NCBI GenBank assembly: GCA_016839705.1
Contig: JAEOTR010000079.1
Coordinates: 1 to 64,000 of the forward strand
Origin: Promethearchaeota archaeon
GTDB lineage: Archaea > Asgardarchaeota > Lokiarchaeia > Sigyniarchaeales > SOKP01
Length of the DNA: 64,000 nt
Reading direction: 5' to 3'
The notes under the pieces are model-generated. The model was not told the origin of the DNA and ran no database searches. It saw nothing but the letters and a program-made list of their open reading frames with translations. Each line of letters opens with the position of its first letter. Position 1 is the stretch's first letter. The position numbers were made by a program, and so were the translations under genes. Positions 40,325 to 49,993 of this stretch are shown piece after piece.

Positions 40325-40780
40325 TTATGCTAAATATACAACACAGAGGCCATCAATATTTTTTGTTACTCTTACCTTTAATTTTCTCGGTGGTTTCTGA
40401 ATTCCACGTTCCCATATTCGTTCATTAACTTCTTGAGATATTACTAGAGATTCTGGTTTAAAATGACGGGTCATGAATTCTCTAAGATATCGGATCGATT
40501 TTTTAGCCCATTTATTTCTAGGTCCTTTTCTAGCTTTCGCAAGGGGGATAATATAAATTCTCTCATCAATAATTTCTTCTTCAGGAGCTAGTTCTTCAAC
40601 TTCTTCAACAGCTTCAATCTCCTCTTCAAAAATCTCACTTATTTCTTCTTCTTCTGAAATTTCATCTAAACTAAATTCCTCAATCTCTTCAATTTCTTCT
40701 TCAGGTACTTCTTCCTCTGTGTCTACTAACTCTTCTTCCAAATTATCTAAATTAATTTCCTTTGATTTCTTTTTAGCCAT
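40325..40780 (-). CDS. rpl31e: ribosomal protein eL31 with acidic N-terminal extension
   Basis: ERIYIIPL...WERGIQKPPRKLKVRV. Confidence 0.93.
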   Translation of the reverse strand: MAKKKSKEINLDNLEEELVDTEEEVPEEEIEEIEEFSLDEISEEEEISEIFEEEIEAVEEVEELAPEEEIIDERIYIIPLAKARKGPRNKWAKKSIRYLREFMTRHFKPESLVISQEVNERIWERGIQKPPRKLKVRVTKNIDGLCVVYLA

Positions 40781-40816
40781 TTTGATTACGACATATTTTT
40801 TTCTGCTAATTTAAAT

Positions 40817-40978
40817 TTAGTCTTTCTTTAACTTCGTATTTCTCCAGGTTCTATTAGAATGTGGGCTACTCCTTACTTTTCCTTTTGTTCTCATCACAAT
40901 CCAATTCGGGATAGAATTATTTTGATTCATCTTTTTTGCTCTACGCAATTTGGAGGGAAGATTTTTATTACGAGCCAT
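40817..40978 (-). CDS. rpl39e: ribosomal protein eL39
   Basis: Not in ORF track. MARNKNLPSKLRRAKKMNQNNSIPNWIVMRTKGKVRSSPHSNRTWRNTKLKKD. Confidence 0.95.
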   Translation of the reverse strand: MARNKNLPSKLRRAKKMNQNNSIPNWIVMRTKGKVRSSPHSNRTWRNTKLKKD

Positions 40979-40988
40979 TTTTCTCTCT

Positions 40989-41330
40989 CTACTTTTTAAT
41001 TTTATACTGTTTTTTATTTCCTAATGTTGCTAATTGCTCTAAGAGATTTTTAAATGCTTTATCTGGTAAAGGTATTGCTCCTCTCAATTTTCCGCTTTGT
41101 AATAGTTGAATAAGTTGGATCTCGATTTGCTCTGCATATTGTGGTTTTACAATTCGAATATTTTCTAATCTTTGTCTGCCCTCAACACTAAGAATTTTCC
41201 TCATTAGTATGTATTTTTTTTCTTCAAATTCTTTTTGCTGAGATTCAGCAATATGTTGTTGTGCGGCTTGCTGTTGTAATTCTTCTAACCTTCTCCTTCT
41301 AATTTTCTCTAATTCGTCGTCTTCACTCAC
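40989..41330 (-). CDS. PDCD5-like DNA-binding protein
   Basis: ELEKIRRRRLEELQ, RQRLENIRIVKP, QLIQL. Confidence 0.92.
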   Translation of the reverse strand: MSEDDELEKIRRRRLEELQQQAAQQHIAESQQKEFEEKKYILMRKILSVEGRQRLENIRIVKPQYAEQIEIQLIQLLQSGKLRGAIPLPDKAFKNLLEQLATLGNKKQYKIKK

Positions 41331-41361
41331 TCTAAATCCCTAAGATATGCCATTATTTTTA

Positions 41362-41790
41362 TTATTGGTCTTTACTTCTTAGAATCTCATATGCCGTTCG
41401 TTCTATTAAACTCGTTCCTTCAGCAGAAAGAACTCTTCCTCGTCTTTCATTCATTACTAATAAATTTGCATCTCCAAGTTGTTGGAGTGCAACCCTTATT
41501 ATTTTTCCACTTGCTTTAGCAGAATGATGTAACCCTCTCCCCTTCCTATTTTTCCCACCGTAGTATTTCCGAAGTTTATTGACCCCTATAGGTCCATATT
41601 TCTTCACTTTTCTAAGTATTGAAGCACATCGTATGTACCAGAAATTCTCTGAATCCGATGGGGCTAATTCCTTAAAAAATGCAGTTTTCCAAAATTCTGA
41701 ACCTTCCGGGGGTGATATCTCTGGATATTCTTTTAATTTATTTGCTAAATTTTCAATTATCTTCTCCGGTTGAACGACAAAGACGGACAT
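41362..41790 (-). CDS. rps19e: ribosomal protein eS19
   Basis: KELAP, WYIRCASILRK, YGG, SGKIIRVALQQL. Confidence 0.95.
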   Translation of the reverse strand: MSVFVVQPEKIIENLANKLKEYPEISPPEGSEFWKTAFFKELAPSDSENFWYIRCASILRKVKKYGPIGVNKLRKYYGGKNRKGRGLHHSAKASGKIIRVALQQLGDANLLVMNERRGRVLSAEGTSLIERTAYEILRSKDQ

Positions 41791-41891
41791 GTTAATCTTT
41801 AATTCAATATTTCTTTAATATATATAATAGGTTTTTAAAGCTAAAATAGGTTAAAAATTTTTGTATTTTGTTATTTTTGAGCTCTGGAACG

Positions 41892-42164
41892 ATGGATTAT
41901 AATAAAGAATTTAAGAAAGTGTTATTATCACAACCTCATTGTATTCTGGGCAAAAGTGGAATTACAAATGATTTTATCAGCCACGTAGATAAAATGTTAA
42001 AAAGGTATAAGGTTATTAAAATAAAGGCATTAAAAACAATAGCAACCAAGTTAAACGTTAAAGATTTAGCTAATGAAATCTCACAATTAACAAATTCTCA
42101 TTTATTAGACATAAGAGGTAGAATATTTATTCTTTCACTTAAGTATACAAAAAAATTGAATTAA
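41892..42164 (+). CDS. YhbY/CRM RNA-binding protein
   Basis: ILGKSGIT, VIKIK, IRGRIFIL. Confidence 0.85.
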   Translation: MDYNKEFKKVLLSQPHCILGKSGITNDFISHVDKMLKRYKVIKIKALKTIATKLNVKDLANEISQLTNSHLLDIRGRIFILSLKYTKKLN

Positions 42165-42180
42165 TAGTTAGTTATTTGAA

Positions 42181-42537
42181 ATGGGGAAAAAAAGAAAGAA
42201 CCACCGCGCTATAATAAAAAAAATAGCAAGAACTCGGATGATTTATTTACTTCAAAAAGCTCATGAAATTTTTCCTAAAAACAAAGAACTTTCAAACAGA
42301 TACATTTATTTAGCTAGACGGTATGCCCAAAGAGCAAAAGTTGAAATACCTCTTAAATGGAGAAGACGAATTTGCAATAAGTGTAAAAAATTTTTATATC
42401 CTGGAATGAATTGTAGAATTAGATTACACTCACATAAGGGAAAGGGTTCTCATGTCTCTTTAACATGTTTTGAATGTAACCATACAACCCGATATTTTAT
42501 AAAAATAAAGAGAGAAAAAAAAGAACTTTTTAATTAA
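42181..42537 (+). CDS. rnp4: RNase P protein Rpp21
   Basis: IARTRM, RRICNKC, TCFECN. Confidence 0.92.
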   Translation: MGKKRKNHRAIIKKIARTRMIYLLQKAHEIFPKNKELSNRYIYLARRYAQRAKVEIPLKWRRRICNKCKKFLYPGMNCRIRLHSHKGKGSHVSLTCFECNHTTRYFIKIKREKKELFN

Positions 42538-42559
42538 AATTAACTATTTAAAGAAAAAA

Positions 42560-43234
42560 ATGCCTTTAATTATAATTTTAGTAGAATGTGGCATAGAATT
42601 AATACCAAAGGAAATTAGAAACCATTCTGCTGTTAGAAAAAATTTTTCAACTCAACTATATTCCTCACAACTTTTAGATACAGCACTCCATCATACTGCT
42701 ATGAGAAATTTAAAAAATCCAGAAAAAAGAGGTAGGCCTGATATAGCTCATCTATGTTTACTTAATGCTTTAGGTTCACCCTTAAATAAATCAGGAAAGT
42801 TAAAGCTATATATTCATACAATCAATAATAAAATTTATAGATTTAACCCAGAAATTAAAATAGCAAGAAATTACAATCGATTTAAAGGATTAATGGCAAA
42901 AATTTTGATTGATGGAGATGTAAATTTAAATGGGATACCACTAATTTCGGAGTTCAAAGGAGAATTGCAGGAAATCATTGATAAGTTTAAATCTCCTAGA
43001 ATTTTTTTATTTTCAAGCAGAGGAAAACTAATCCAAAATTATAAAGAATTATTTGGTGATGAGGAATCTGAAGAGATAGTAGCAATTATTGGGGGTTTTC
43101 AGAAAAGCGAGTTCTCAGATTATATTAAGCATTTATCTAAAAATATAATTTCTATCTCAAAGTATTCTTTAGATGCATGGGTAGTTATAAGTAAGATTAT
43201 AAATTTCTATGAACTGTCTTACAGCGTTATCTAA
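42560..43234 (+). CDS. nep1: 16S rRNA pseudouridine N1-methyltransferase Nep1
   Basis: RGRPDIAH, RNYNRFKGLM, IGGF. Confidence 0.92.
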   Translation: MPLIIILVECGIELIPKEIRNHSAVRKNFSTQLYSSQLLDTALHHTAMRNLKNPEKRGRPDIAHLCLLNALGSPLNKSGKLKLYIHTINNKIYRFNPEIKIARNYNRFKGLMAKILIDGDVNLNGIPLISEFKGELQEIIDKFKSPRIFLFSSRGKLIQNYKELFGDEESEEIVAIIGGFQKSEFSDYIKHLSKNIISISKYSLDAWVVISKIINFYELSYSVI

Positions 43235-43308
43235 ATTTACTAAAAGCAGAAAAGTTAAAAGAAACTAAACACTTTATTTTATACTACTATTAATCAATGG
43301 TGTATAAA

Positions 43309-43380
43309 GCGCTCGTTGTGTAGTGGCTATCATCCAGGACTTCCAATTCTGGGACCCGGGTTCAATTCCCGGCGGGCGCA
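43309..43380 (+). tRNA. tRNA-Gly(UCC), intronless
   Basis: GCGCTCG/CGGGCGC acceptor, CAGGA-CT TCC AA-TTCTG, CCGGG TTCAATT CCCGG. Confidence 0.95.
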
Positions 43381-43625
43381 TAGCTAATTTCTAAACTATA
43401 TTTTAAATATATTAAGTTATTTTTTGAAAACCAAAAAATTATATTTACAAAGTTGTATGTTATAATCGAAAAAGCGTCAGCTAAATTTTTTTTCCATTTC
43501 CATAGATCACTTTTTTGTTTAACTGGCGTTTTTTCTCATTTTAGATCTTACTTCTGTATTGTTCTTTTCAATAATCTTAAATTTTTACATTTATTATTGA
43601 GGAATACAAAACTTTTTTCAATGTC

Positions 43626-44762
43626 ATGGTCAAGTATAGATATAAGGAATTTAAATCAGTCTTAAACAAACTAAAATACCCTGATTCATGGTTTTGGGCA
43701 CGATATACATTGAACACATATTCTGGGTGCGCTCATGCTTGTATTTATTGTGATGCACGAAGTCAGCGGTATTATTTAGAGGATTTTGAAAATGAAGTTG
43801 TAATCAAAACCAACTTTGATAAAAAACTTGATCAGAGGCTGAAAAGAGCGCGTACATTATTACCTGATGTAATCGCCCCAGGGGGAGTAAATGATGCTTA
43901 CCAGCCTATTGAAAAAAAGATTGAACATACGAAAAAAGTTCTACAGGTGATTGCGAAACATAAATTTCCTATCAACATTGCTACTAAATCAAATTTAGTT
44001 GTAAGAGATAGTGATATTTTACAAAACATCGCCACCGATACTTGGTGTACCGTAGGCTTTTCAATTACTACAACAAATGAAGAACTCGCAAGTTTTTTAG
44101 AACCTTATTCTTCACCTCCCTCGGAAAGATTTGAAGCTATAAAGAAAATAAAAAAGCAAGCCCCTAATATTCAAGTTGGTACATATTTAATGCCAATTAT
44201 TCCGTTTCTTGAAGATGACGATGATAATTTAGAAGATGTAATTAAACAATCCAAAAATTCTGGTGCAGATTTTGTCTTGTTTTCACCAGGATTGACACTA
44301 CGTGATTCCCAAGCCAATTTTTTTATAAAAAAATTAATGAACAGTAAATATAATAAAGTTGTGAAACCATTACTTGAACTATATAAGGGTCAGATATATC
44401 CTCCTGCTGAATATTTCAGAAAGATACACCCTAAATTACTGAATTTATGTGAAAAGTATAATATTCCTGTCAGAGTCAAAAGGTGGATTCCCTCTGATTA
44501 TCGTAAATGGAATTATAAGATTTCAGAATTGTTATTGAATAAAGAATATCTAAACGGCTTAAGAACAGGAAAATCAGGTAAAACAATGATGTGGGCAGGT
44601 TTAAATCTAAATAATTTAGAAGAATCTATTATAGATGTATTCAAACGAGGAGAACTTTCACAAATAAAAAATTTTACAGGTAAAATAATTGAATTTATAA
44701 CCCCATATTTAGAAAAGACTAAAGATCTAAAACAGAATACGGGTATTGATAAATTTTTATGA
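43626..44762 (+). CDS. SplB/Rv2578c-like radical SAM DNA repair protein
   Basis: YSGCAHACIYCDA, DAYQPIE, TKSNLVVRD, LEP. Confidence 0.85.
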   Translation: MVKYRYKEFKSVLNKLKYPDSWFWARYTLNTYSGCAHACIYCDARSQRYYLEDFENEVVIKTNFDKKLDQRLKRARTLLPDVIAPGGVNDAYQPIEKKIEHTKKVLQVIAKHKFPINIATKSNLVVRDSDILQNIATDTWCTVGFSITTTNEELASFLEPYSSPPSERFEAIKKIKKQAPNIQVGTYLMPIIPFLEDDDDNLEDVIKQSKNSGADFVLFSPGLTLRDSQANFFIKKLMNSKYNKVVKPLLELYKGQIYPPAEYFRKIHPKLLNLCEKYNIPVRVKRWIPSDYRKWNYKISELLLNKEYLNGLRTGKSGKTMMWAGLNLNNLEESIIDVFKRGELSQIKNFTGKIIEFITPYLEKTKDLKQNTGIDKFL

Positions 44763-45499
44763 TTGAGAAGATAATTAGTGAGATTAAGGCATTTTTAAAG
44801 AGAAACGCTCCTCAATTAACAAAGGAACAAAAATTGAGAATGTATAAGATTTTAAACTCCGATAATCCAAATTTTGTTATTTATGGAAATAAACATTCTG
44901 AAATAGAAAAATTTGTTAGGAATATTCACAATAATTTTAATTTATCATATGGCACTGCTTCTGAGATTTTTGAACGCTTGGTTAAATCTAACGTTCATGA
45001 TGAAAGAATTACAGGAATTTTCTTATTAAATCGATTTAAAAAATATTTCAACGAAGAAACGGTAGATATGATCCACAAAGTGATTCCCGATTATTTTGAT
45101 ACTTGGGCAATAACCGATACAACCATGATAAGAGTTGTTGGACCATATCTCGCAAAAAGTGGGAACGAAAAACTAGCAGAAAAAACTATTGAAAAATGGT
45201 CTAATTCAGAAAATTTATGGATACGACGTGCAGCTTTAGTCATTTTTCTCAAAATTATAATGGTTAAAAAGGAATTCAATAGTGATAATGTATTTAAACT
45301 CGTAGAAAGAATGCGTAAAGATCCAGAAGATTATATTCAAAAAGGAATCGGGTGGCTTTTAAAAACGTGCTCTAATTATAAATCCGAAATAATATTTGAA
45401 TATTTAATGAAAAATACTGAAAACCTCTCTCGGACAATCCTTAGATATGCAAGTGAAAAATTACCAAAAGATAAAAGAACACAAATATTAAAGAAATAA
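44759..45499 (+). CDS. DNA alkylation repair protein (AlkD-like)
   Basis: WAITD, WIRRAA, YIQKGIGWLLK, RYASEKL. Confidence 0.85.
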   Translation: MIEKIISEIKAFLKRNAPQLTKEQKLRMYKILNSDNPNFVIYGNKHSEIEKFVRNIHNNFNLSYGTASEIFERLVKSNVHDERITGIFLLNRFKKYFNEETVDMIHKVIPDYFDTWAITDTTMIRVVGPYLAKSGNEKLAEKTIEKWSNSENLWIRRAALVIFLKIIMVKKEFNSDNVFKLVERMRKDPEDYIQKGIGWLLKTCSNYKSEIIFEYLMKNTENLSRTILRYASEKLPKDKRTQILKK

Positions 45500-45526
45500 A
45501 AAAGTAATGGTAGAAAATGTTCAAAT

Positions 45527-46882
45527 ATGACCAAAGAGAATTTAGAAAAAAGCGATAATGATACCTCAATTTCTGAGGAATTGGTAGTTATTATTAAAAA
45601 CACGATTGAGAAATTCAATAAATCTGACCTTGTATTAGATGAAATTGAAGAATGGAAGGGAGTTATCCAATTTAATTTGGATGACAATTCTTCTTTTTAT
45701 ATTTTCAATTCGGACTCAAAAATAAAATACACTGAGGGCAAAGCGAATGATCCAGACTTTACCTTAATATTAACCCCAATGTTAGCTAAGAAAATTTTTT
45801 CTGGAGAAATGGACATTAGGAGTTTCTTTAACGCATTAACAAATAAAGAATTGGAATTACAAGGAGATTCCTCTCATTTTATGAAACTTACTGTACTACT
45901 TGAATTTCTTGAAGAGAATAAAAGTCAAGAATTAAAAAGTGGGAAAGAAGATTGGATTGTAGAAACCCCAGAGAACCACGGAATGAGATCAGATCTTCTA
46001 GAGGATGCTGCTAGAAAATTGAAAGAAATAGATATAAATCGTAATAGTTTTGTGGTAATTCGACATGGAGTATTAATATATGAAGAATACTATGGCCAAC
46101 GCAGTTATGACACACGCCTAAAATGGCATTATGATATTGCTTCAGTTACCAAAACAATAGCTGCTTTAGTCGTCGGAGTTGCAGTAACTAAAGGATTATT
46201 TAGTGTTGATGATCTTATTACTGATTGGATTCCTAATCCTGCAAATGGTATCGTACCCGGTTCAAAAATTAAACATGTATTAACTCAAACCTCTGAAAGT
46301 GAACCAGCTGGAACAAAATTCAAGTATAATAGTGAAGATGAAGTAAATACATTAGGTAAAATCATAACTATAGCATCTGGAATACCCTCTAAACAATTCG
46401 CACAAACTAATCTCTTCCAACCCTTAGGAGTTAATAATTATTCCTGGGGTGAGGTAGTAGCTGATATGACTGATCTTCCAATTGGTTATGGAATGAAAAT
46501 ATCCTCTAGAGATGCAGCAAAACTGGGGCAATTAATGCTAAACAAAGGTAGATGGAATGGGAAACAACTTATATCTGAAGAATATCTAGAAGAAATGACT
46601 AAACCTAGTTTTCTTGAGACTAATAGTGGTTATGGATATCTTATGTGGTTAAACAACTCTTTAGGAAAATGGCAAAGACCGTTTAAAAATGGTACAGGAA
46701 GTATGATCCCTAACGCTCCCGAGGATATGTTTATGGCAACTGGCTTCTATGGACGATTTATTTTTGTAATTCCTAGTTTAGATATAGTTATCGTCACCTT
46801 TGGGAAAAAATTTGTAATGGAAAGCCTGGATACAGCAAGAAAATTTTTTAACGCATTTGCACCAGCATTACCTTCTCAATAA
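45527..46882 (+). CDS. SCP2 + serine hydrolase (beta-lactamase family) fusion
   Basis: N-terminal SCP2-like (PDFTL...LELQGD); ASVTK, FKYNS, YGYLMW, ATGFYG. Confidence 0.8.
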   Translation: MTKENLEKSDNDTSISEELVVIIKNTIEKFNKSDLVLDEIEEWKGVIQFNLDDNSSFYIFNSDSKIKYTEGKANDPDFTLILTPMLAKKIFSGEMDIRSFFNALTNKELELQGDSSHFMKLTVLLEFLEENKSQELKSGKEDWIVETPENHGMRSDLLEDAARKLKEIDINRNSFVVIRHGVLIYEEYYGQRSYDTRLKWHYDIASVTKTIAALVVGVAVTKGLFSVDDLITDWIPNPANGIVPGSKIKHVLTQTSESEPAGTKFKYNSEDEVNTLGKIITIASGIPSKQFAQTNLFQPLGVNNYSWGEVVADMTDLPIGYGMKISSRDAAKLGQLMLNKGRWNGKQLISEEYLEEMTKPSFLETNSGYGYLMWLNNSLGKWQRPFKNGTGSMIPNAPEDMFMATGFYGRFIFVIPSLDIVIVTFGKKFVMESLDTARKFFNAFAPALPSQ

Positions 46883-46997
46883 ATTTTTCAAATTTTCATA
46901 ACAACCAGAATTTTGTAATAGAATTTATGAAGAGATAAGTTATTTAAATACAAAAAATAAATAATAAAAAAGAGATTTTAGAGGTGAAAAAAATAAA

Positions 46998-48026
46998 ATG
47001 CGAGCCGCCTTAATTCAAGAATATGGTAAAGTTAGTATAGTAGATGTTCCTAAACCTTCTCCCGCATCTGGGGAAGCCCTAGTTAAAATTACTACCGCAG
47101 GTGTTTGCCATTCGGACTTGCATCTTGTAATGGGCGATTGGATGAAACTACCAACACCACGTCCTATTGGTCATGAAGGTATTGGGATAGTTGAGGAATT
47201 GGGTCTTGACAATAAATCTGATATAAAAGTAGGTGATAGGGTTATATTAGGACTTGGTGGAACAGGCGGATATTGGTGTGGAACCTGTGAGTATTGTCTT
47301 GCTGGAGAAACTAACTACTGTCCCCAAAGTAAACCTATATTCGGAATATTTAGTGAATATATTTCTCTTTGGGCACCCTCTTTGGTAAAAATTCCTGATG
47401 AACTAAGTGATACTGAAGTACCTTTAGCATGCGGTGGGTTAACTGCCTATGGAGCAATCAAAAAACTAAAGAGGCTGAACATATCCCCTGGGAGTAATAT
47501 TGCCATTATCGGAGCTGCTGGAGGACTTGGTCATTATGCTGTGCAGATCGCAAAAACATTTGGGTATAAAGTTATTGGTGTTGATACAGGTCCAGAAAAA
47601 TTAGAAATCGTCGAGAAACTTGGTGCTGACTATGCAATAGATGTTAGTGAAGCAGGGAAATTTGTTACACAAAATTTAAAGGGAGTTCAAGCAAGCATAG
47701 TATTTGCAGCAAATATTTCTGCTTATAACCTTGGATTAAGTTTACTCAAGGTAGGAGGAACATTAATTGGAGCAGGCTTACCGCCATTCAGCGAAGGAGG
47801 AATCACAATTACCCCATTCATCCTAATAATGAGAAATTTACACATCACTGGATCTAAAACTGGGACTGTAGAAGATATGAAAGATTTAGTCCAATTAGCT
47901 GTAGAAGGCAAGGTTAAAACTCATGTCGGTAGAACTGCAAATCTTTCAGAACTTAATGAAGTATTTGAGGAAATGCTCAACGGAAAATTCGTAGGAAGAG
48001 CCATTATTAATAATCTCATGAAATAA
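46998..48026 (+). CDS. zinc-dependent alcohol dehydrogenase
   Basis: GVCHSD, GHEG, CGTCEYC...C, GAAGGLG. Confidence 0.92.
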   Translation: MRAALIQEYGKVSIVDVPKPSPASGEALVKITTAGVCHSDLHLVMGDWMKLPTPRPIGHEGIGIVEELGLDNKSDIKVGDRVILGLGGTGGYWCGTCEYCLAGETNYCPQSKPIFGIFSEYISLWAPSLVKIPDELSDTEVPLACGGLTAYGAIKKLKRLNISPGSNIAIIGAAGGLGHYAVQIAKTFGYKVIGVDTGPEKLEIVEKLGADYAIDVSEAGKFVTQNLKGVQASIVFAANISAYNLGLSLLKVGGTLIGAGLPPFSEGGITITPFILIMRNLHITGSKTGTVEDMKDLVQLAVEGKVKTHVGRTANLSELNEVFEEMLNGKFVGRAIINNLMK

Positions 48027-48079
48027 TACCATGAAAAATTATTCTAATTGCGATAATCTAAATAGAAAATTAAAATCCT

Positions 48080-48760
48080 ATGAAATACAAGGCTATTATT
48101 TTTGACCTATTTGGTACTCTTGTCGATAGTTATTCTGTTCAAGGATACAACAAATTATTAACAGATATGGCTTCAGCTCTCGAATTACCTCGTGAAGGTT
48201 TTTCAAAGCTTTGGCGTGATACAACTTATGAACGTGGAACTGGGATTTTTAAAACCACTGAAGACAGTATAAAGTATATTTGTGATATTCTTAAAGTATC
48301 TATAAGTGAGGAAAATATTAAGAAATGTGAACAGATCAGACAAAAAACTTCACGCAAAGCTTTAGCTCCTAAAAATGGAGCTGTTGGGATTTTAAAACGT
48401 TTAAGAGGATTAGGATATAAGATTGGATTAATAACTAATTGTTCTGCCGAAGTACCTCTCCTATGGAAAAATACAGAATTTTCTCATTTATTTGATGTTA
48501 CCATATTCTCCGCTTCAGTTGGTATGAAAAAACCCGACGCTCAAATATATAATTTAGCATGTGAACAATTGGGTGTCGAACCAAGTGAATGCCTCTACTT
48601 TGGGGATGGTGATAGTAATGAACTATCGGGAGCTTCTCAGCTTGGTATGGATGCTGTTATGATTCGGGATCCGAATGAGTTGGACCCCTATCGTTTAGTT
48701 GAGGTCGTGTGGGATGGTCGGAAAATTGAAAATTTCACAGAGATAATGGATCTGATATAA
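48080..48760 (+). CDS. HAD family hydrolase
   Basis: FDLFGTL, KKPD, GDG. Confidence 0.88.
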   Translation: MKYKAIIFDLFGTLVDSYSVQGYNKLLTDMASALELPREGFSKLWRDTTYERGTGIFKTTEDSIKYICDILKVSISEENIKKCEQIRQKTSRKALAPKNGAVGILKRLRGLGYKIGLITNCSAEVPLLWKNTEFSHLFDVTIFSASVGMKKPDAQIYNLACEQLGVEPSECLYFGDGDSNELSGASQLGMDAVMIRDPNELDPYRLVEVVWDGRKIENFTEIMDLI

Positions 48761-48839
48761 CTGTTTTTATATTATCAAAAAAGAAGTTTCCTTTTAAGAA
48801 CTAAAAATATTTTTCTATTTATTTTAATTGTTTCAAATG

Positions 48840-49714
48840 AAATTTCATTGAAATCAGACCCCGAATTTACCTTTCCATTTCAACTTCACAGAAAATTGGG
48901 AAGAAATTTAAAAAAGTTCTAATCTTGTATCTCTTATTATTATTTGATAATAGATCCTGGAGGTTCAGATTAATTCATATTTAATAGGCTTGAAGTATAT
49001 TTCTTTATTTCCTCAGAATTTTTTTTCAACTTATTTTAAAAGTATTTCCTTCTAAAAGTATTAAAATCAGAAAATCTTTTAAAATCAAATTCATTGTTGG
49101 TATTAATTATCATAGAAATTAGAAATCAAAAATATGCAATTCGACATGAAAAAATTTATTAAAATAATTTTAGGAGTTTTCTCAATCTTCATAGTTTTAT
49201 TTGCACCTTATGGATATCATATTCATTTAAATCCTGGTCCTAATTCAATAGTCGCTATGATTTGGGAATATTCTACCTATTACTCTTTTAGATATTTTTC
49301 TCCATTAGGTTATTATATTGAATTTTATATATTTCGAATTGTTGTTCTTTACTACATTTTTAGATTCCTTTTAGAAAAAACTTCAAAAAAGAGAATGATT
49401 ATTTTAGGTATAATTAATGAGATAATACCCTTAATTCTATCAATTCTAGGCGCGTTAATAGTTAACTCAGAAGGGGAATATCTCAGGGCTATCATAATTT
49501 CGATCCCAATTCTATTTTTATTTGATCTTTTCGTTGTTTATATATATCCTAAACTCAATAATATCGTCTAAAAAATATACTATTTTCGAGAGTGGACATC
49601 ACGGGGGAGAGAGGTAAAATAAAAGTAGAAAATATGATGATTAAAATAAATCTATAAATATGATTCTCTTCTAAATTAAATTTCATTGAAACCAAAGTCT
49701 GAATTTACCTTTCC
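48840..49714 (+). repeat. imperfect 37-bp direct repeat flanking the 49134 gene (48840-48876 and 49678-49714)
   Basis: AAATTTCATTGAAA-N9-GAATTTACCTTTCC present twice with identical spacing. Confidence 0.7.
49134..49571 (+). CDS. membrane protein
   Basis: About 4 hydrophobic segments. Confidence 0.7.
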   Translation: MQFDMKKFIKIILGVFSIFIVLFAPYGYHIHLNPGPNSIVAMIWEYSTYYSFRYFSPLGYYIEFYIFRIVVLYYIFRFLLEKTSKKRMIILGIINEIIPLILSILGALIVNSEGEYLRAIIISIPILFLFDLFVVYIYPKLNNIV

Positions 49715-49993
49715 GGAGATTTAAGAAGTCTTGAATCTTAATATACTTCCCTTTAGAAAAAATAATTAGTGGTGCATTTCTAAATTAGGAAATCTTTAAG
49801 AAACCGCGGATAAATGAAAAAAAAATTTTAAATGAGATTTCTTCCCCTTGAATTTGTACTTTTTATCCCTTTTCTCACTTTTTATGTTCTCATTTAAGGA
49901 CTAAAAATATTTTTATGAGATTCTTTACTTTAATTTCTATCTTATTTATGATAATAAATTGTATATTATCAAAAAATAAGATATTTCATAGGT

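Noticed and set aside
24886-49670. Isolated ATGATGA C-box-like heptamers (about 24886, 26403, 49634)
   Set aside because: No properly spaced CTGA D box or rRNA-like guide sequence
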